Source: Hydrolagus affinis (Eukaryota). Taken from it: DNA of 64,000 nt. The number at the start of each line of letters is the position of its first letter. The first letter of the stretch is position 1. The stretch spans positions 1 to 64,000 of the forward strand of contig JAAILG010000336.1 in NCBI GenBank assembly GCA_012026655.1, in the 5' to 3' direction. Of the stretch, positions 61,780-64,000 are shown in pieces. Below the pieces are notes generated by a model that saw only the letters and a program-made list of their open reading frames with translations, made no database searches and was not told where the DNA came from. A program made the translations under genes and the position numbers.

Positions 61780-64000
61780 TGCGGTTGTAAAGGATTATAA
61801 ATGTTTGTTCCACATCAACACTGCGACGGAACAAAGATTAAACTGAGTCACAGATAAAGATTGCTAATCCGCTCTGTACCCTGGCAGAGAGAATGTATCT
61901 GCAGTTTTGGACTCTGTTAAAAGTGCACTGAACATGATACTGTGTAATGTTGGCACAGGAAGCTGGAGTTATGGGGTTGCCATAACAGTTATCAGTTTCT
62001 ATTTTTAATCTGCGAATAAACTAGCTAGCCTCTGTGAAGGTGATTTTTCATGTGGATAAAAGTCATTCGGTTGGAATGTTGATCTACATTTTGAACAGCT
62101 GTCACCTAATTTGACTTCTGGTGACAGGCTGGCCCGTGGGGTTGTGATATATGAGCCCCTCCTATTAAAAGGATCAAATTCTTCAGCATATCATCAGTGA
62201 ACTTAGCTTCACTTCCAGTTCTGCAGGGCTGCAGGGACTGTCCACAGCTCCCAAAATAAATATTGTAGATATTTTGGGAAATAATCACGTAGACGCCTCT
62301 CTTCCCCCATTCATAGGTGACAATTATCATTCAACATTCATTTAAACAATATCCCTACTTTAAGCAAAAAAAACCCCTTTGAATTGGTCTATATATTTTT
62401 GCCGGGAAAGTACAGATATGTATCAGGAAACTTACCAATGTCTGCTTTTGATTGTCCTGAACTATATCAATACTGTATTTGGTCATAGAGGGAATCGGAC
62501 AAGGTTAATCACTTGAAACTTCAAGTTGAAGATAACGGGACAGTTTCAGAGAGGCTGCTGGTCAGATTTTTTGAGAAAGGAATGAAAGGGGTGGGAATTA
62601 ATTTCTTCGAAGTTTTTTTTAAAAACAGAGAGTAGAGTTGAGAATTGAATGAAGCTGATTTAATATGCCGCTAAGTGTGAGCTGCACTTTCTGGTAATAT
62701 AGATATTTCTATCAGGGCTGATTGGCAAAGAGAGTGAAAAATTAATTAAAGTTCTCGATAATTTAACCAATTTACCAGAATAAATCTATTGTGATGCTCA
62801 CAACAAACTAGTCCAGAGTCTAGAGAAAATGGGACGAAATGGCTATGCATGTATGTGGGATGAATAAGTAAGAAAAGTGTCTCTCCCCCATCTACCAGCC
62901 TGTGGAAAATTGCGATTGTTGAATGGAATGCACTTCATATTGTACAATTGCTCACTCTCATTTTGAATGTTGATCTATCAGCTGGTATTACTATGAATCC
63001 CTTGTGAGTGTGTCTCCTTTAAAGACAAATCATTCATGTTTATACACAGAGCATTTGAAGAAAAATAATAATTTACCGGTGCTGTTCACATATGATTTCT
63101 GATTTGCACAATAAACAGATCTTCCTGCATAAAGGACGTGTCATCCAATCTACAGATCTAGTGCCTAGTCATCTATTAACACATAAAAGTTAATTTTCAT
63201 TGACCTATTTCTGGCATGTTATTTCAGCTGCTGCTGTTCTCAAAAGCCTTTTTATCAGTCGGGTTATATTCAAAACAGCCCTCAACCAAAGGTTATATCT
63301 GATATTGGTAGTTTACCTCAGCTGGGGTATAATCAAAACAAGATAAATTCTATTTTTTTCGTACTGCAACACATTTCAAATATGCATTCATTGAATGAAG
63401 TCGAAGCAGATAGTAGTTTCTATTTTGAGTCATTAGTTTGTGAAATAGTAGCTTACAACTCGACTGAGAAGTTAGGAGCCTTTACTTCGTAGTCTTGAGT
63501 GAACAGAAGCGGTTGTGAGAACTGTGTTCGGTTTAAAACATGAACATAGGAATTGAAGTGTAACAAGAGAAGATCTAACTTCCATGTATAGATTTTCCCC
63601 TCTTTATTTCAATGATTTAACTTTCTTGTTTAAAACCAACTGCTCCACTTGGAGCGTTTTTTTTTAGCTCATTTGATCTTTGTGGTTGCGAGGGTTAATC
63701 TAGCCTGTCCAGTAAGTTTCCTTTTTTAGAATTACAGCGTTGCAGTGTTTCTGATAGGTGGGATTCCATCCACAAAAGTTGGACAAGCTCACAATGCTAG
63801 AAACCTGAATTCCCTTTAAAGTTTTTGTTGGAAAATTATACTCATTCTTCCACTGTTTTACCAAAATAGGCTAAGTGCAGCAAGCTTGCAGTGTAGTGAA
63901 TTGTTATTGCAAACTCCCTGGGAATAGTTCTCTCACCTCAAGAGTTCTCTCATTAGAAATGGGACAACGTTTTATTCAATTACTGTTAGAATTTGCCGGA

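Noticed and set aside
54400-64000. FHL1 or other coding exons
   Set aside because: No LIM-domain or other recognisable peptide; the ORFs are short or repeat-derived.

Overview
AT-rich vertebrate genomic DNA, most likely from a cartilaginous fish, possibly a chimaera (inferred from DeuSINE, CR1 and L2 repeat content and compact introns). It holds two complete + strand multi-exon genes reconstructed by hand: INTS6L/DDX26B (18 coding exons, 50..23410, about 903 aa) and SLC9A6/NHE6 (16 coding exons, 27679..50508, about 713 aa). SLC9A6 has three U12-type (minor spliceosome) introns, and one of them appears to have non-canonical AT...AT ends. SLC9A6 is preceded by a CpG-poor ~43-bp minisatellite and two uORFs, and the MMGT1 gene expected between the two genes is not visible. 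Introns carry a young tRNA-derived SINE family, older DeuSINEs, CR1/L2 fragments and Tigger-like MITEs. The last ~10 kb has no recognisable coding exon. Almost all short ORFs in the track are spurious or partial exon read-throughs. I found no strong evidence for a wholly new biological system; the findings are splicing, regulatory and repeat oddities.
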